A stretch of DNA of 64,000 nt from Octopus sinensis (Eukaryota). Below, in pieces: positions 12,609 through 26,096 of this stretch; the first letter of the stretch is position 1; every line of letters begins with the position of its first letter. Where the stretch lies: the NCBI RefSeq assembly GCF_006345805.1, contig NC_043005.1, positions 87,420,001-87,484,000 on the forward strand. The letters are read 5' to 3'. Position numbers and translations under genes: made by a program. The notes under the pieces are model-generated. The model was given only the letters and a program-made list of their open reading frames with translations, had not been told where the DNA came from and did not search any database.

Positions 12609-13357
12609 CATATATATATGTGTATATATATATAAATATATATATATATGTATATATGTATGTAGGTATATATATGTTCACATTTTTGTCTCCTCTGAAT
12701 ATTAATTTAAAATACGAGCAATATACTATGGCGGATATTTTCTTTACACCGCATTCTTTCGATACAACAATAAATCAAATGTTTAATGTGTCTTTCTATA
12801 CGAGTTTCTTTGTTGTTGTTAACTCTTTCTATTCGATTTTCTATTTGATTTGGGAGTTTATGATCATATTTATATTTTCTTATATATGTTTTTATATTTT
12901 CATTTTTTTCTTTTTTCACTTTTATATTATATGTTCTATCTACCCTATAAATAATGGATACTTTCTTGTTTGTATGTAACTATAACTAAAATGTTTAATC
13001 GTACCATACGTCTCCCTGCATTATTTCTACACCGAATATATTTTGTTTATGCTGATGTATATTTATTTATTAGTACGGTATTTACTCTTTTCTTGTTTTT
13101 TTTGGTTCATAATACATTTAATACTCCAACTTTCTTTGAAGATAACCTCTACATAATTTTCTTTCAGAGATAATCACTACATTATGTGCTGCTTTATCTA
13201 TGAGTAGTTAATATGAATCTTTCATGTTCCTGCATCAAATACTCCCACACAACTCCTTCTATACACTCGCCTTCAAAAGTAGATCATATCTACACACTTT
13301 AATTTTACTTTTGACGTAGTTAATTATGGAGTTACTAGAAATACGTTATATATATAT

Positions 13358-13401
<44 letters not shown>

Positions 13402-13482
13402 CATATATACATATATCTATATAACATATATAGATATATACATATATATACATATATATTATATATATAAATACAAAATGGG

Positions 13483-13522
<40 letters not shown>

Positions 13523-13620
13523 TATCCATACATATCTGCATGTAACGTTATATTTCTATATCCATCTTTTCATTCACTTGTGTATTCGCTTTTTGTCACA
13601 AAATACCTACACTTACTCTC

Positions 13621-13660
<40 letters not shown>

Positions 13661-13664
<4 letters not shown>

Positions 13665-16144
13665 TCCGTAATAATGAAGGGTGAAATTAATTAATTAATT
13701 TGGAATAATTATCAATTACACCAAGTAGTCTTCGGCATGTAAAAGCCTCATTTGAGGAAAATTTAAGTAATACTAAGCAATAAGGGTTCAGCAACGAATT
13801 GCCTTACCACATACCGAATTTAGAAATAATTTCAACCTTCATATTACGATAACCATATTTTATCTCAGTAGATGACTACAGCATCTTGTTTTGGCTACAC
13901 GCGGGTAGGAAGGGGCTGTTGACACAATCGCTTCATTCACAATTTGAATTCGGTGATACTAGTTGAGGATTCTAGCTCGCTCTGATACTGAGTTGGGTGG
14001 TACCTCCTAGGATCTCAAAATTCAATATATAATCATTTATGATTATAGTATTCCACGCTGAGAGAAAGAAGTTTCGGTAAGATAGAATTATTTAATATTT
14101 AATATTTTAATTCTTATGCTTTCCTAAAACTTGATTTCGAAACGTACGTCCGTGGGAACTTTAAAAATGTTTGATAGATTGCGGTTAATTCATTCTCTCT
14201 TACCTGTTTGTGTCAGCCTTCCAATTGCTGTTTTACTGAGATCTCCCTTTTTTAGTAGAAGAATAGCTAAACCCTTTGACTGCTATTTCTAAATTCGGTA
14301 TGTGGTAAGGCAATTCGTTGCTGAACCTTATTGCTTAGTATTACTTAAATTTTCCTCAAATGAGGCTTTTACATGCCGAGACTACTTGGTGTGAATTGAT
14401 AATTATTCCAAGTAATTAATTAATTTCACCCTTCATTATTACGGATAACCATATTTTATCTCAGTAGATGACTACAGCATCTTGTTTTGGCTACACGCGG
14501 GTAGGAAGGGGCTGTTGACACAATCGCTTCATTCACAAATTTGAATTCGGTGATACTAGTTGAGGATTCTAGCTCGCTCTGATACTGAGTTGAGTTGGTA
14601 CCTCTAGTATCTCAAAATTCAATATATAATATTTATGATTATAGTATTCCACGCTGAAGAGAAAAGAAGTTTCGGTAAGATAGAATTATTTAATATTTAA
14701 TATTTTAATTCTTATGCTTTCCTAAAACTTGATTTCGAAACGTACGTCCGTGGATAACTTTAAAAATGTTTGATAGATTGCGGTAATTCATTCTCTTACC
14801 TGTTTGTGTCAGCCTTCCAATTGCTGTTTTTACTGAGATCCCTTTTAGTAGAAGAAATAGCTATAACCCTTTGACTGCTATTTCTAAATTCGGTATGTGG
14901 TAAGGCAATTCGTTGCTGAAACTTATTGCTTAGTATTACTTAAATTTTCCTCAAATGAGGCTTTTACATGCGAAGACTACTTGGTGTAATTGATAATTAT
15001 TCCAAATTAATTATTAATTTCACCCTTCATTATTACGGATAACCATATTTTATCTCAGTAGATGACTACAGCATCTTGTTTTGGCTACACGCGGGTAGGA
15101 AGGGGCTGTTGACACAATCGCTTCATTCACAAATTTGAATTCGGTGAACTAGTTGAGGATTCTAGCTCGCTCTGATACTGAATTGAGGTGGTACCTCCTA
15201 GTATCTCAAAATTCAATATATAATCATTTATGATTATAGTATTCCACGCTGAAGAGAAAAGAAGTTCTCGGTAAGATAGAATTATTTAATATTTAATATT
15301 TTAATTCTTATGCTTTCCTAAAACTTGATTTCGAAACGTACGTCCGTGGATAACTTTAAAAATGTTTGATAGATTGCGGTTAATTCATTCTCTCTTACCT
15401 GTTTGTGTCAGCCTTCCAATTGCTGTTTTTACTGAGATCTCCCTTTTTAGTAGAAGAAATAGCTATAACCCTTTGACTGCTATTTCTAAATTCGGTATGT
15501 GGTAAGGCAATTCGTTGCTGAACCCTTATTGCTTAGTATTACTTAAATTTTCCTCAAATGAGGCTTTTACATGCCGAAGACTACTGGTGTTGGAATTGAT
15601 AATTATTCCAAATTAATTAATTAATTTCACCCTTCATTATTACGGATAACCATATTTTATCTCAGTAGATGATACAGCATCTTGTTTTGGCTACACGCGG
15701 GTAGGAAGGGGCTGTTGACACAATCGCTTCATTCACAAATTTGAATTCGGTGATACTAGGTGAGGATTCTAGCTCGCTCTGATACTGAGTTGAGTTGGTA
15801 CCTCCTAGATCTCAAAATTCAATATATAATCATTTGATTATAGTATTCACGCTGAAGAGAAAAGAAGGTTCGGTAGATAGAATTATTTAATATTTAATAT
15901 TTTAATCTTATGCTTTCCTAAAACTTGATTTCGAAACGTACGTCCGTGGATAACTTTAAAAATGTTTGATAGATTGCGGTTAATTCATTCTCTCTTACCT
16001 GTTTGTGTCAGCCTTCCAATTGCTGTTTTTACTGAGATCTCCCTTTTTAGTAGAAGAAATAGCTATAACCCTTTGACTGCTATTTCTAAATTCGGTATGT
16101 GGTAAGGCAATTCGTTGCTGAACCCTTATTGCTTAGTATTACTT
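13661..16144. mobile_element. Hammerhead-bearing tandem array (~600-bp unit, ~4 copies) preceded by an inverted ~168-bp terminal copy; PLE/retrozyme-like
   Basis: Hammerheads recur with period 596-600 bp. 13661-13828 is the reverse complement of the unit end. (TA)n on both flanks. Scattered 1-bp indels between copies resemble long-read error. Confidence 0.85.
14649..14753 (+). ncRNA. Type I hammerhead ribozyme with long stem II and palindromic stem III (4 copies)
   Basis: Stem I CCACG/CGTGG; core CTGAAGA (14654-14660); stem II GAAA...TTTC extended to about 76 nt; GAAA (14737-14740); stem III ACGTACGT; cleavage after GTC (14748). Other copies: 14053-14155 (1-nt core deletion), 15244-15349, 15848-15949. 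Confidence 0.9.
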
Positions 16145-16455
16145 ATATATATATATATGTAATACTACTAAACTACATTTGTAGATTCAACCGTTTCTTT
16201 TACCTTAATATCAGATTCTATTTCCTTACTCATGGTTTCATAGAGCGTCGTGCATTCATGAGCAAAAATATAAGGATTGTTGTTTTTATATATATACGGA
16301 TGTCTGTGTCTATGTTTGTATGTATGCATGCATGTATGTATGTATGTATGCATGTATGTATATTATTAAAATTTTGTTGAAATGGGTACTTAAACTGAGG
16401 CACTTTGCTAGTTCGGTATAATCTGCACACCACAACAATATTATTTGAATATTTA

Positions 16456-16637
16456 GGCGGTGAGCATGCAGAAGCGCCGGGTGAAATGCATAGCGACATT
16501 TCGTCTCTCGTTACGTTCTGATTTCAAATTCCACTGAGCTCGAGTTTGCCTTTCATCCATTTTCGGGTCGATAAATTAAGTACCAGTTGCGACGGGCCTC
16601 TCCCCCAAAAACTTCGGCCTTGTTCCTGGAGTAGAAT
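16456..16637 (+). mobile_element. tRNA-derived SINE (main family), degenerate
   Basis: GGCGGTGAGC...TTACGTTCTGATTTCAAATTCC...TTTGCCTTTCATCC...GGTCGATAAATTAAGTACCAG. Confidence 0.75.
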
Positions 16638-18815
16638 ATTGAATAGTAGTGGTGTCTCTACTTAATATTCTTGTCGTGTGTGTAGACAACGTAAGTGAAG
16701 ATATCTACTCTTGGTAATTCAGACACGTACTTTTTTATAACGGTACTTACTATAGTATTTCCGAAGTGCAGATTCTAAGTTAGGTGAACAGAATATAAAT
16801 AAGTAACATATATATATATACACCAACAATTTCTAAGGCTAAAAAAATTAAACGATTTGAATGAAGAGATACTAACGCAAGAAGGCTCTTCGACCGAAGG
16901 TGAATTAATCGATATAAATTTCCGTAATATATTTTAATGGTTTGATCGACATAAATTGATGAGTGTTGCGAAATTTCTGTATTTTAAGATCATTTGCTAG
17001 GATCCCTCACCACACTTTGTTTAGAGAATAACATTGGCGTTTTATTACCTATGAATACATTAGAAACTCGTTGCATCATGTCAGTGTCTCCAAATCCACT
17101 CCCCCTCAAGCGTCTAGTTAAAGGTTAAGGGAGAAAAAAAGAAAATGGTTGGTAATAAATGTGCAAGAACATTGATGTATATCTTTAGGTTCGTTAGTCG
17201 TCATTAAATATTCGCAGGTTCAGTGTCATAGCACAGCTGTTGGTGTGTGTTATATCATTCCCGATTAGCGAGGTGTATGATCAAACACGCGTCATGTGGG
17301 TTAATTGTGTCTATTTGTACATCGGGTTCACTATTGTCCAAATTCCTTCTCTTCTTTCAAGGCGTAGTCTGTATATATGTGGCAGGATGTGTATGTGTGT
17401 GTGTGTGTGTGCATGTGTGTACGTGAATGTAGCTTATGCACGTCCACAAATTAGCACACACGTCGCTCCAATTTCAGGAGGACATTCGTCAACATCCTAC
17501 ATAGGATTTGTCAACTTATTTTATTCCCGAGGCACTCGCGGAAAGCGGTAAAAATGTATTTTCAACCATAACTTGTACCAATTTTGAAGTTTGCTCACAC
17601 GAGGTAAGTCTCTTCTTGCCATAGCTAAGAGAAAGTCTATGTGTGTGTGAGGAGAGACAGAATTTGTATGTTGATATATGTGTATGCGTGTGAGGGAGAG
17701 AGAAAAGTTGTGTACTGATGTATGTGTATGTGTCTCAAGGGAGAGAGTGTGTATTTGACAGCGTCTAACAAAAAAGTATAGATAAAGTGAAAGAGAGAGA
17801 GGGTGACAGCGTTCATCAAAAATAAAAATGTAAAATGTTTTGTTTTTTTCTTAAACACGAGATATAGTCTTCATAGTTAGGATGTTTTTGAAAGACACTA
17901 TATTTCATAATCAGATTATATATACTTTCTCACACAACAATCAAAGTATATTTTAAATCATTTATTTATTTTAAATCGTTCCTTCCCCCTCTCATACACA
18001 TTACATTAGACGCGAAAGAGTTATGTTTTTATTTTACGCCGAGAAAAAAGTGTTTTGTTGAGAATCCATTTTTTTAACAACAAAGCAACAAAGAGGTAGG
18101 TAACAATCTGTCAGTGAATTACTCAATATAAATTGGTACAATTTCCGAGACTTCCACCACACCACACCCCGTTTTTCGGACCACAAAACGGGTTTTGTAG
18201 CATATTAGGAGGCCAGAGTAGTTGATTTCACGCAAAAAATCCGATTTTTTTTTTTAGTGAAAATTGTGCGAGTGTTGATCTACAAGTTAACCAACATTTG
18301 TTCCATTCATTTCTGTTTACGGACAAGTATGCGTAGAAAAACATGTGCGTACGTATGAGTATGTGTGTCTGTGTGTGTTGCCCATATATATTTATATTAT
18401 TTATAGTATATATTTTTATATTATATATCGATGTTACTTAGTTTGGTTTGAAATAAAGAACTGGTTTAGCTTAATAATCCTAAATTAATCCCGGTCAAAG
18501 CCGGTTTATACAACTAGTGTCCTTTAATTCAGGGCGATTCGATGGCATAAGTTCATTAACCGTGTAGTTTCATCATTGGCTTTCATCAAGCCATAAACCT
18601 ATCGATAATATATTCATACGATCATTTCCTGAAAAATGTAACCAAGGACGCTATGTAAATAAATACATACATACATAAATACACCGTTCTACTTGAATAA
18701 TAGGACCGCAAATACAATATCCTTGTGTATCTCACTTCTATATTCATCCTCTTATTTCCCTCTGTATTTCATATCTTTTCTATAATGATTAATATTCAAA
18801 CATTTTCTCGCACCA

Positions 18816-18861
18816 TCTCTGATGGAGGGTCATATAAAATATCCCGGAAACATCTGTAAGA
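18816..18861 (+). ncRNA. Degenerate solo hammerhead-like motif
   Basis: TCT-CTGATGG-AGGG...ATCCC-G-GAAA-CATCTG-TA-AGA. Same layout as 47874-47929, but the core and stem III carry substitutions. Confidence 0.5.
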
Positions 18862-18919
18862 CCTTGATAAATGTTGTGAAATCTATTCACTGTCTTGTGT
18901 ATTTTATCTCATTCATTCA

Positions 18920-18963
<44 letters not shown>

Positions 18964-19155
18964 GAATGATAAATTTTCTTTTGTTTACCGTTAACATAGA
19001 TAATTCAATCAACAGTACCAGGGTAGCAAAATCCACGCAAGTAACAAGGATGTAGCTACCTATTCAAAGGTAGAAACTCCGGGTTAATGTGCAGTAATTT
19101 TTATAGTATAAGTAAATAAATGGACTTGAACGTAGATGTTATTCAATTTCTTTTA

Positions 19156-19241
19156 CTTTCGACATATGTTTCGAAGACAACATTGGTTTGATTCCAAAGG
19201 AATAAACGGTGTCAAATAATGTAATCTTCTTATCAGGAAAG
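19156..19241 (-). ncRNA. Solo type I hammerhead, probably inactivated (G8A)
   Basis: Minus strand: stem I CTTTC/GAAAG; core CTGATAA; stem II GAAGA...TCTTC; GAAA; palindromic stem III ACATATGT; GTC cleavage triplet. Confidence 0.7.
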
Positions 19242-19511
19242 AAAGAGAACTCATCTCAACACATTATAACAAATTTGATGACTGCATAAATGATAAAGAG
19301 AACGCTATTAAGTATTTAAAAAAAAACCGTTAGTAGATCCGACGTCAAAGGCAGACCCTTGGAAGAGAAGGGGGTAAAGAAATAATAAATAGAGAACAAA
19401 TAGAGAGGGATATATCGATTGAAAAAATGTTCAAAGGCTTGGAAGTAGATTTCTCTATTCAAGTAAAGTGCAAGTTGAACTAAATGTTCAAACTATAAAG
19501 ACTGGTATAAA

Positions 19512-19770
19512 TCACTTATATGAGCTAAAGGTATGCTTCTGCCAATGCTTCCGTTTGTGAGATCGCTCTATAAGTGTCTTAACAAGGTAATTCTTAGGGA
19601 AGAGAATATGGAAGAGTTCAGAGTTGCAAATGTTACACAATCCTTTGCCCTTGTCATAAGGGGAAGAGATGGACAGGATGAACCAATCTAAATAAAAATC
19701 CTTATTGTTGTCTTTAAGATACCGAACCAATTTGCTAAGCCTGTGCCATTACGTTTACCGCTATCCCTAA
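19512..19770 (-). mobile_element. Penelope-like element GIY-YIG endonuclease C-terminal remnant
   Basis: KRNGT/LSKLVRYLKDNN...WFILSISSPYDKGKGLCNICNSELFHIL...L..RS....H..K matches the recalled PLE motif STELSKYIWELK...W.IL....PY..G...CNLC..EK..IL...LN.R.E...CRH. A frameshift is present. Confidence 0.75.
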
Positions 19771-19825
19771 ATGAAGAATGATGATTGGAAATATATATAT
19801 ATATATATATGAGTGTGTGTGCATA

Positions 19826-19923
<98 letters not shown>

Positions 19924-20904
19924 AGCTTCAAAGCCGCCCCGTCAGGTTCTTCTAAGCTAGCTCCTGTGGAGGGCTCTTCATTAGGCCTTGGGCCCAACAA
20001 TGCCACCTCATGCATTGAGTACATATAAAATTCTATTCAACTTGAAGAATATGTTTCAAGCAATGAACATTTTTCAGCAACACAATGATATAATTTATCG
20101 ACTTGTAACTTATTGCGAACCCACATGAAGACCACCACCATCGCAACCACACCTGCCCGGCACACACCATTCGGACTTCTGGCGTCACCACCATCAATGC
20201 CTTTGACTTCGCCGCCTTCCACTCCACCACCATCATCACTGTCCTTCACGTCACTTACTCTCGCTGTCATCCCTGACCGCCTTGGCTACCACCACCACCA
20301 CCATCATAACCGACGCTTCCACCTCTATCACTACAGCTCATACTCTTACTATCACAAAAGGCTAAATGTGTGTGTAAAAGAATTGTGTTCAGTATGTTAG
20401 TTCAGTGTTCAGTCCCTCCTTCTCTCACATACCAATCTTTCTATCTCTCTTATTATTACTCCCACTGCCACCATCAACACTATACTACTTTGAATAAAAA
20501 AAATGTCAGGAACTCTCCCTAAATTCGTCTTTTTCCCTCTTTTTCTTTCTCTCTCTCGCTCTCTTCGCCACCACCCTGACCGTCTTTATGCCTACTATTA
20601 CTCTCACCCCAGCATGAGCAATAGTAGGAGTGTCAATGTATAGTGAGAGAGGGGTTTGAAGTGTGATACACTGACTCACAGATATCAGTTTTCGCATTTA
20701 CTATATTAAAGATATATATATCTGCGTGAATTAGGAAATGCTGACAACTGAAATTTTGCAATTAGAATTATAAGCCTTCACGTATAATTACCATATAGTC
20801 AATATATGGGGAAGTCATATCGTTCTATTTATAAAGTATATGCATGTGTAGAAAGATATAGACAGACATACAGACAGACAGACATACAGATTGATAAATA
20901 GATT

Positions 20905-20932
20905 GATAGATAGATAGATAGATAGATAGATC

Positions 20933-20972
<40 letters not shown>

Positions 20973-20973
20973 T

Positions 20974-21015
<42 letters not shown>
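20905..21015. repeat. (GATA)n microsatellite
   Basis: Direct inspection. Confidence 0.95.
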
Positions 21016-21364
21016 TAATCCTTCGTAATCACACGCTTATGTCTCAAAAACATTTGACGACACATGAGCTAATTTAGCGTAGTTTCAGTCAATGCGATCA
21101 ATGCAGGTGGGACGCTCTCTTCCTTATCAAAGTTTCCACAGGATTAAGACCGAACTTCGGCTATACAAAAACAGAACACCAACACACAAATAATCAAATA
21201 AATACAAACAAAATTTTACCTGAAGAATGGAAAATACTTATTAATGTTGGTTTCTCTCATTTATTACTTCTGCTTCGTATTTCTCAAAATCCTACATCAA
21301 ATTTCCATCTTTTTCACTCAGTCTCACTGTACCTACCTTTACCCGTTACATTTAGAGTTTCTCC

Positions 21365-21410
<46 letters not shown>

Positions 21411-23434
21411 CATTTACACACATACACACATAAAATACATATACATATATAAATATATGCACACACACATAAATATATAAATATACGTATATTATATATT
21501 TATATATCGTATATATATACATATATACGTATATATATATATATTTATGTGTGTGTGTGTGTTTATGTGTGTGTGTGTGTGTGTGTGTGTGTCTGTCCAT
21601 CTTCCAATTGTTTGCACTCTCGTATACTACGTTAATCTATAAAGATTCCACATTTTGTAAGATTTTATCTTTTCTTCCATCTACACAACCTGGTGTTTTT
21701 CTCTTCCATCAATCATCCTTTACCATCTCTCACATTATCATTTTTTTTTCTCATATCATTTATATCACGCTCCATCATCTTCTCTATATCTCGACTCTAT
21801 ATTTATTTTACCTCTGTGTAATGCACCATTCACTTTTTTCATCAGAAATACTTGCAGTTTCTCAATACCTTATGTAAAATATCCTTTTGTATTTATCTCC
21901 CATCCTCTCCGTCCAAGAAATCCCCCACCATTCTCCATCTATTTAATCTATATATTGATCTTTCTACCTATCATTCTATGTAGCTGTCTCGCTATATTCA
22001 TATGCGTGTGTGTGTTTGTGTGTGTTTATGTATGTAACGTAAAGGAACACGATCAGGTACCTGATATTATTCATATCTGGCTAACCACATTGAATGATAG
22101 GTTACACTCAGAATCGTTTAAGATAAACAATTAAACTTTTTTCACTTGATAAATAAAACCTGAGATCACTTCATTGGTTTTCATACACAGTATATAATGA
22201 AGATGTCATAAAGAAGAATAATACATCTTCAAACTTGTCTATTATAGAATTGTTCTCTATTAATTCAAATCCGACACGTGTTTCTGTTGTATAGGTGACC
22301 TCCTTGTGTCCTTTGATGTAGCAGTCATGTGCATTTAGATGATTTCGATTAAATCAACTTCAGTGCACATTAATCCAAAGGCTGGCGTTCTTATGTGGCT
22401 TTGTCCAGTGTGTTACCCGTACGAATTAATGAAGCGAACTGAGGCTCGAAGTATTATCTATGTATACTTAAAGTATATTCTAGATGAACGAATATAAAAT
22501 GTCAGGATACATGAGAGGAGAGAATGTGATGAAATAAGATATGACTATAATTCTAGTATCGCTCAAAATTAGAATGACCTTTTTCGATATTAAGGGAACA
22601 TATTATTTTATTACACTCATTATTACAAGAAGCGTTAATTAGATCGGGATACATTCACACCATTGATGGTTCATAACGAAGATATTACTACACAATATTA
22701 CATAAATGGACAGAATTAGTTTCAGACTAACACATGGCAACAGAGTTATCTATTTTATGAGAATATTTCAAGTCTACTATTATTTAATATGAATAAAATA
22801 CAACAAAATTGGAAATGACAATATAATTGGAGTTTTAGATCTGTGGAAATTCGTTAAGATATAACTTAAATAATTGATGATCATTTGACAACATTGATTT
22901 ATATGCCTTTAATCTACGTGATTTCAAATTGAAATTATTTATTTGGAAAATGCATAAAAACTTTTCTAAATGAATGTGTGCATTTTAAAGCTAAATCGTT
23001 TCTAAGATTTATTAACCTGCAATTATAGGCAAGAATACGGAATATAACATTTTATTGCGATGGACTAATTGCTTACCGAAAAGAAACATTTATTTCATCA
23101 GTTTTTCCTTTTTTCTTTTTGGCGATCCTTTTAAATTTATCTATTTATCTCACCTCTTATCCCAAACTAATGAATTGCAACATCCGGAAGAACAATGATG
23201 CCTGAGTACATCAGTCGAAATAGACAAACCTTGTCTTCGCTGAACATCGTTGGCTGAACGAGAGTCACAATGAAAGCAGAGAAAATGCTGGCCTGGCTTA
23301 AGCATCCGATAAAGAAACAGGAAAGTCCAAAGAGAAAGAAGTCCACGTGCGGTTACATTTCTGGAGTGACCGGAAGTCACTATGTGTGTGTATGTATATA
23401 TATCTATGCTTGTATGTGTGTATATCTATCTATC

Positions 23435-23513
<79 letters not shown>

Positions 23514-23827
23514 GTGTGTGTGTGTGTGTGTGGTGTGTGTGTGTGTGTGTGGTGTGTATCAACATTTAAGTTGTTGAGCTGGCAGAATCGTTAACATGCC
23601 GGCAAAATGCTTAATGGCATTTTTGCTCGTGCTACCGTCCTTTGTTCAAATTCCTCTGGGGTCGTCTTTGGTTTTCACCCTTCCTGGTTTGAAAAAGTAA
23701 GTAACAGCTGAGGGCGGGAATCCATGCATTCGACTAGACCCCGCCACTCTCAAATTTTCAGACCTTTACTTATATAGGAACGGATATATTCAGCTGTATT
23801 CATTCGAATATGTATTTATGCGTAGGT

Positions 23828-24210
23828 GGAGGCGCAATGGCCCAGTAGTTAGGGCAGCGGACTCGCGGTCATAGGATCGCGGTTTCGATTCCCAGACCGG
23901 GCGTTGTGAGTGTTTATTGAGCGAAAACACCTAAAGCTCCACGAGGCTCCGGCAGGGGATGGTGGTGATTCCTGCTGTACTCTTTCACCACAAATTTCTC
24001 TGACTCTTACTTCATGTTTCCGTTGTACCTGTATTTCAAAGGGCCGGCCTTGTCATTCTCTGTATCACGCTGAATATCCCCGAGAACTACGTTAAGGGTA
24101 CACGTGTCTGTGGAGTGCTCAGCCACTAACATGTTAATTCCACGAACAGGCTGTTCCGTTGATTCGGATCAACCGGAACCCTCGTCGTCGTAACCAACGG
24201 AGTGCTTCCA
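23828..24210 (+). mobile_element. tRNA-derived SINE, second family, near full length
   Basis: tRNA-like head GGCGCAATGGCCCAGTAGTTAGGGCAGCGGACTCGCGG...GGTTTCGATTCCCAGACC (A and B boxes) followed by a ~300-bp body. Resembles the octopus OK/OR-class SINEs as I recall them. Confidence 0.8.
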
Positions 24211-24796
24211 TGTGTGTAGACGAATTTTTAATCACTTTGAAATAACTGCGCAATGGAGACAGGTTTCTTTTCATGGCAACCAAACAAATATGTATGTCTG
24301 CTAATGTACAGGTATAAGGCCAATTTATAATGTACACATACTGTACACGTATTTGTTCGTCTCCCTGCGGCCATTAGGCACAACTTCACAAGCCAGCCCC
24401 ATACTCAACTCGTCCTGTCGAAAGACCCTTGTCCTACGTCCTGGTTTTGTTTTGTTGTTTATTTTTTATTTTTACCGTTATTGTTTTTACGTTTTTGTAT
24501 TCTTATTGGTGTCACGTATTCTGTATTTTTGTTCGTGTGTGTACTTCGTTCGTTTTCCTTCCTTGTGTTGTATACATTCGAAGCTTTCTTCCAGGGGATC
24601 TAATGCGCTTGGCTTAGATTTCCCTTGGCGGGCTGGCCATATCGGAGCAATCTCAAGATTAATCAGCCGAAATTGCTAAGATGATCTGGTTCTTGACTGA
24701 TGACTGAGGGCTTCGAATGTCCCGTCCTGTGGTACTTGTGTCGTCTCTGTGGTGTTTCATGTTCTTGTCCATGTCTGTAATTATTTTTACTGTTTA

Positions 24797-24865
<69 letters not shown>

Positions 24866-24903
24866 CATACACATATTTATATATAGATACGCATATATAT
24901 ATA

Positions 24904-24980
<77 letters not shown>

Positions 24981-25479
24981 AATTATTTATAGGTATGTAT
25001 ATAAACAGACAATTCTTCTGTGTGCATGCGAGCGTGAATGATTATGAGTGTATGGGTGTGTTCAACAAGACAGGAACTAAACTAAATTTACCAATACAAA
25101 ACATACTAATAAAACTGTCAACTCGAACTCAAAACTTGTGACACATTGAACCTAGCGTCTATTTAGAGAGCAATTGATATGAATGTTCGTGTCTATATGT
25201 TCAAAGCTCTTTCACAATAATTTTCATTATATCCTCAGAGCATATTTACCAAGTAACTATTAAATCAAGTGAAAAAGCGATGCTATTGTCTGCTGGGTAA
25301 CAAAATAAAATACGGAAATTATCGTTTTTAAATTAAAATGCACAGTAATACAATATAATCTGCGTGTTATTATTCTGCAATAAATTGTTTTACGATCGCT
25401 TTGATCTTTAAAAGTTATACTAACAAACGACAGTGCCAAATGTTATCAGTCTCATGTATATGTAAACATACCAATACAC

Positions 25480-25500
25480 ATATATGTATGTATATAAGCG

Positions 25501-25532
<32 letters not shown>

Positions 25533-25584
25533 AGTGTTTGTATACATATGTACATATAAGCATATTTTCGTATGTATATAAGCG

Positions 25585-25618
<34 letters not shown>

Positions 25619-25670
25619 AGTGTTTGTATACATATGTACATATAAGCATATTTTCGTATGTATATAAGCG

Positions 25671-25709
<39 letters not shown>

Positions 25710-25710
25710 A
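25480..25710. repeat. ~85-bp tandem triplication of microsatellite-rich sequence
   Basis: GTATATAAGCGTATAT recurs three times, and GTTTGTATACATATGTACATATAAGCATATTTTCG twice, at ~85-bp spacing. Confidence 0.8.
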
Positions 25711-25816
25711 TACATATTCATACGTTCATATATACATATATACATATAAATTTTTACATATATATATATGAATATATATATTATATATACATACATATAT
25801 GCATATATACATTTTT

Positions 25817-25849
<33 letters not shown>

Positions 25850-25897
25850 TATATATGTATATATATATGTATATATATATATATGTATTGTATATAT

Positions 25898-25952
<55 letters not shown>

Positions 25953-25989
25953 GTACCATGCAGATATACTGCGTATATTGATACGCAGA

Positions 25990-26040
25990 TAGCAGATAGA
26001 TAAATAAATAGATAATAGATAGATAGATAGATAGACAGAT

Positions 26041-26096
<56 letters not shown>
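25990..26096. repeat. (GATA)n microsatellite
   Basis: Direct inspection. Confidence 0.95.

Noticed and set aside
14053-15949. Copy-specific 1-bp indels in array 2 as biological variants
   Set aside because: The pattern of scattered single-base deletions in homopolymers is typical of unpolished long-read consensus.
22270-22375. GAAACACGTGTC and CTGAAG...GAAA hammerhead-like pieces on the minus strand
   Set aside because: The two halves do not share a compatible stem I and the cores are broken. At most a fossil.
23828-23900. tRNA gene calls for SINE heads (also 26414, 46421, 55200)
   Set aside because: They continue into SINE bodies and lack a proper acceptor stem and terminator. They are tRNA-derived, not tRNA genes.
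24695-24730. CTGATGA...GAATGTC
   Set aside because: It lacks GAAA, stem II and stem I pairing.
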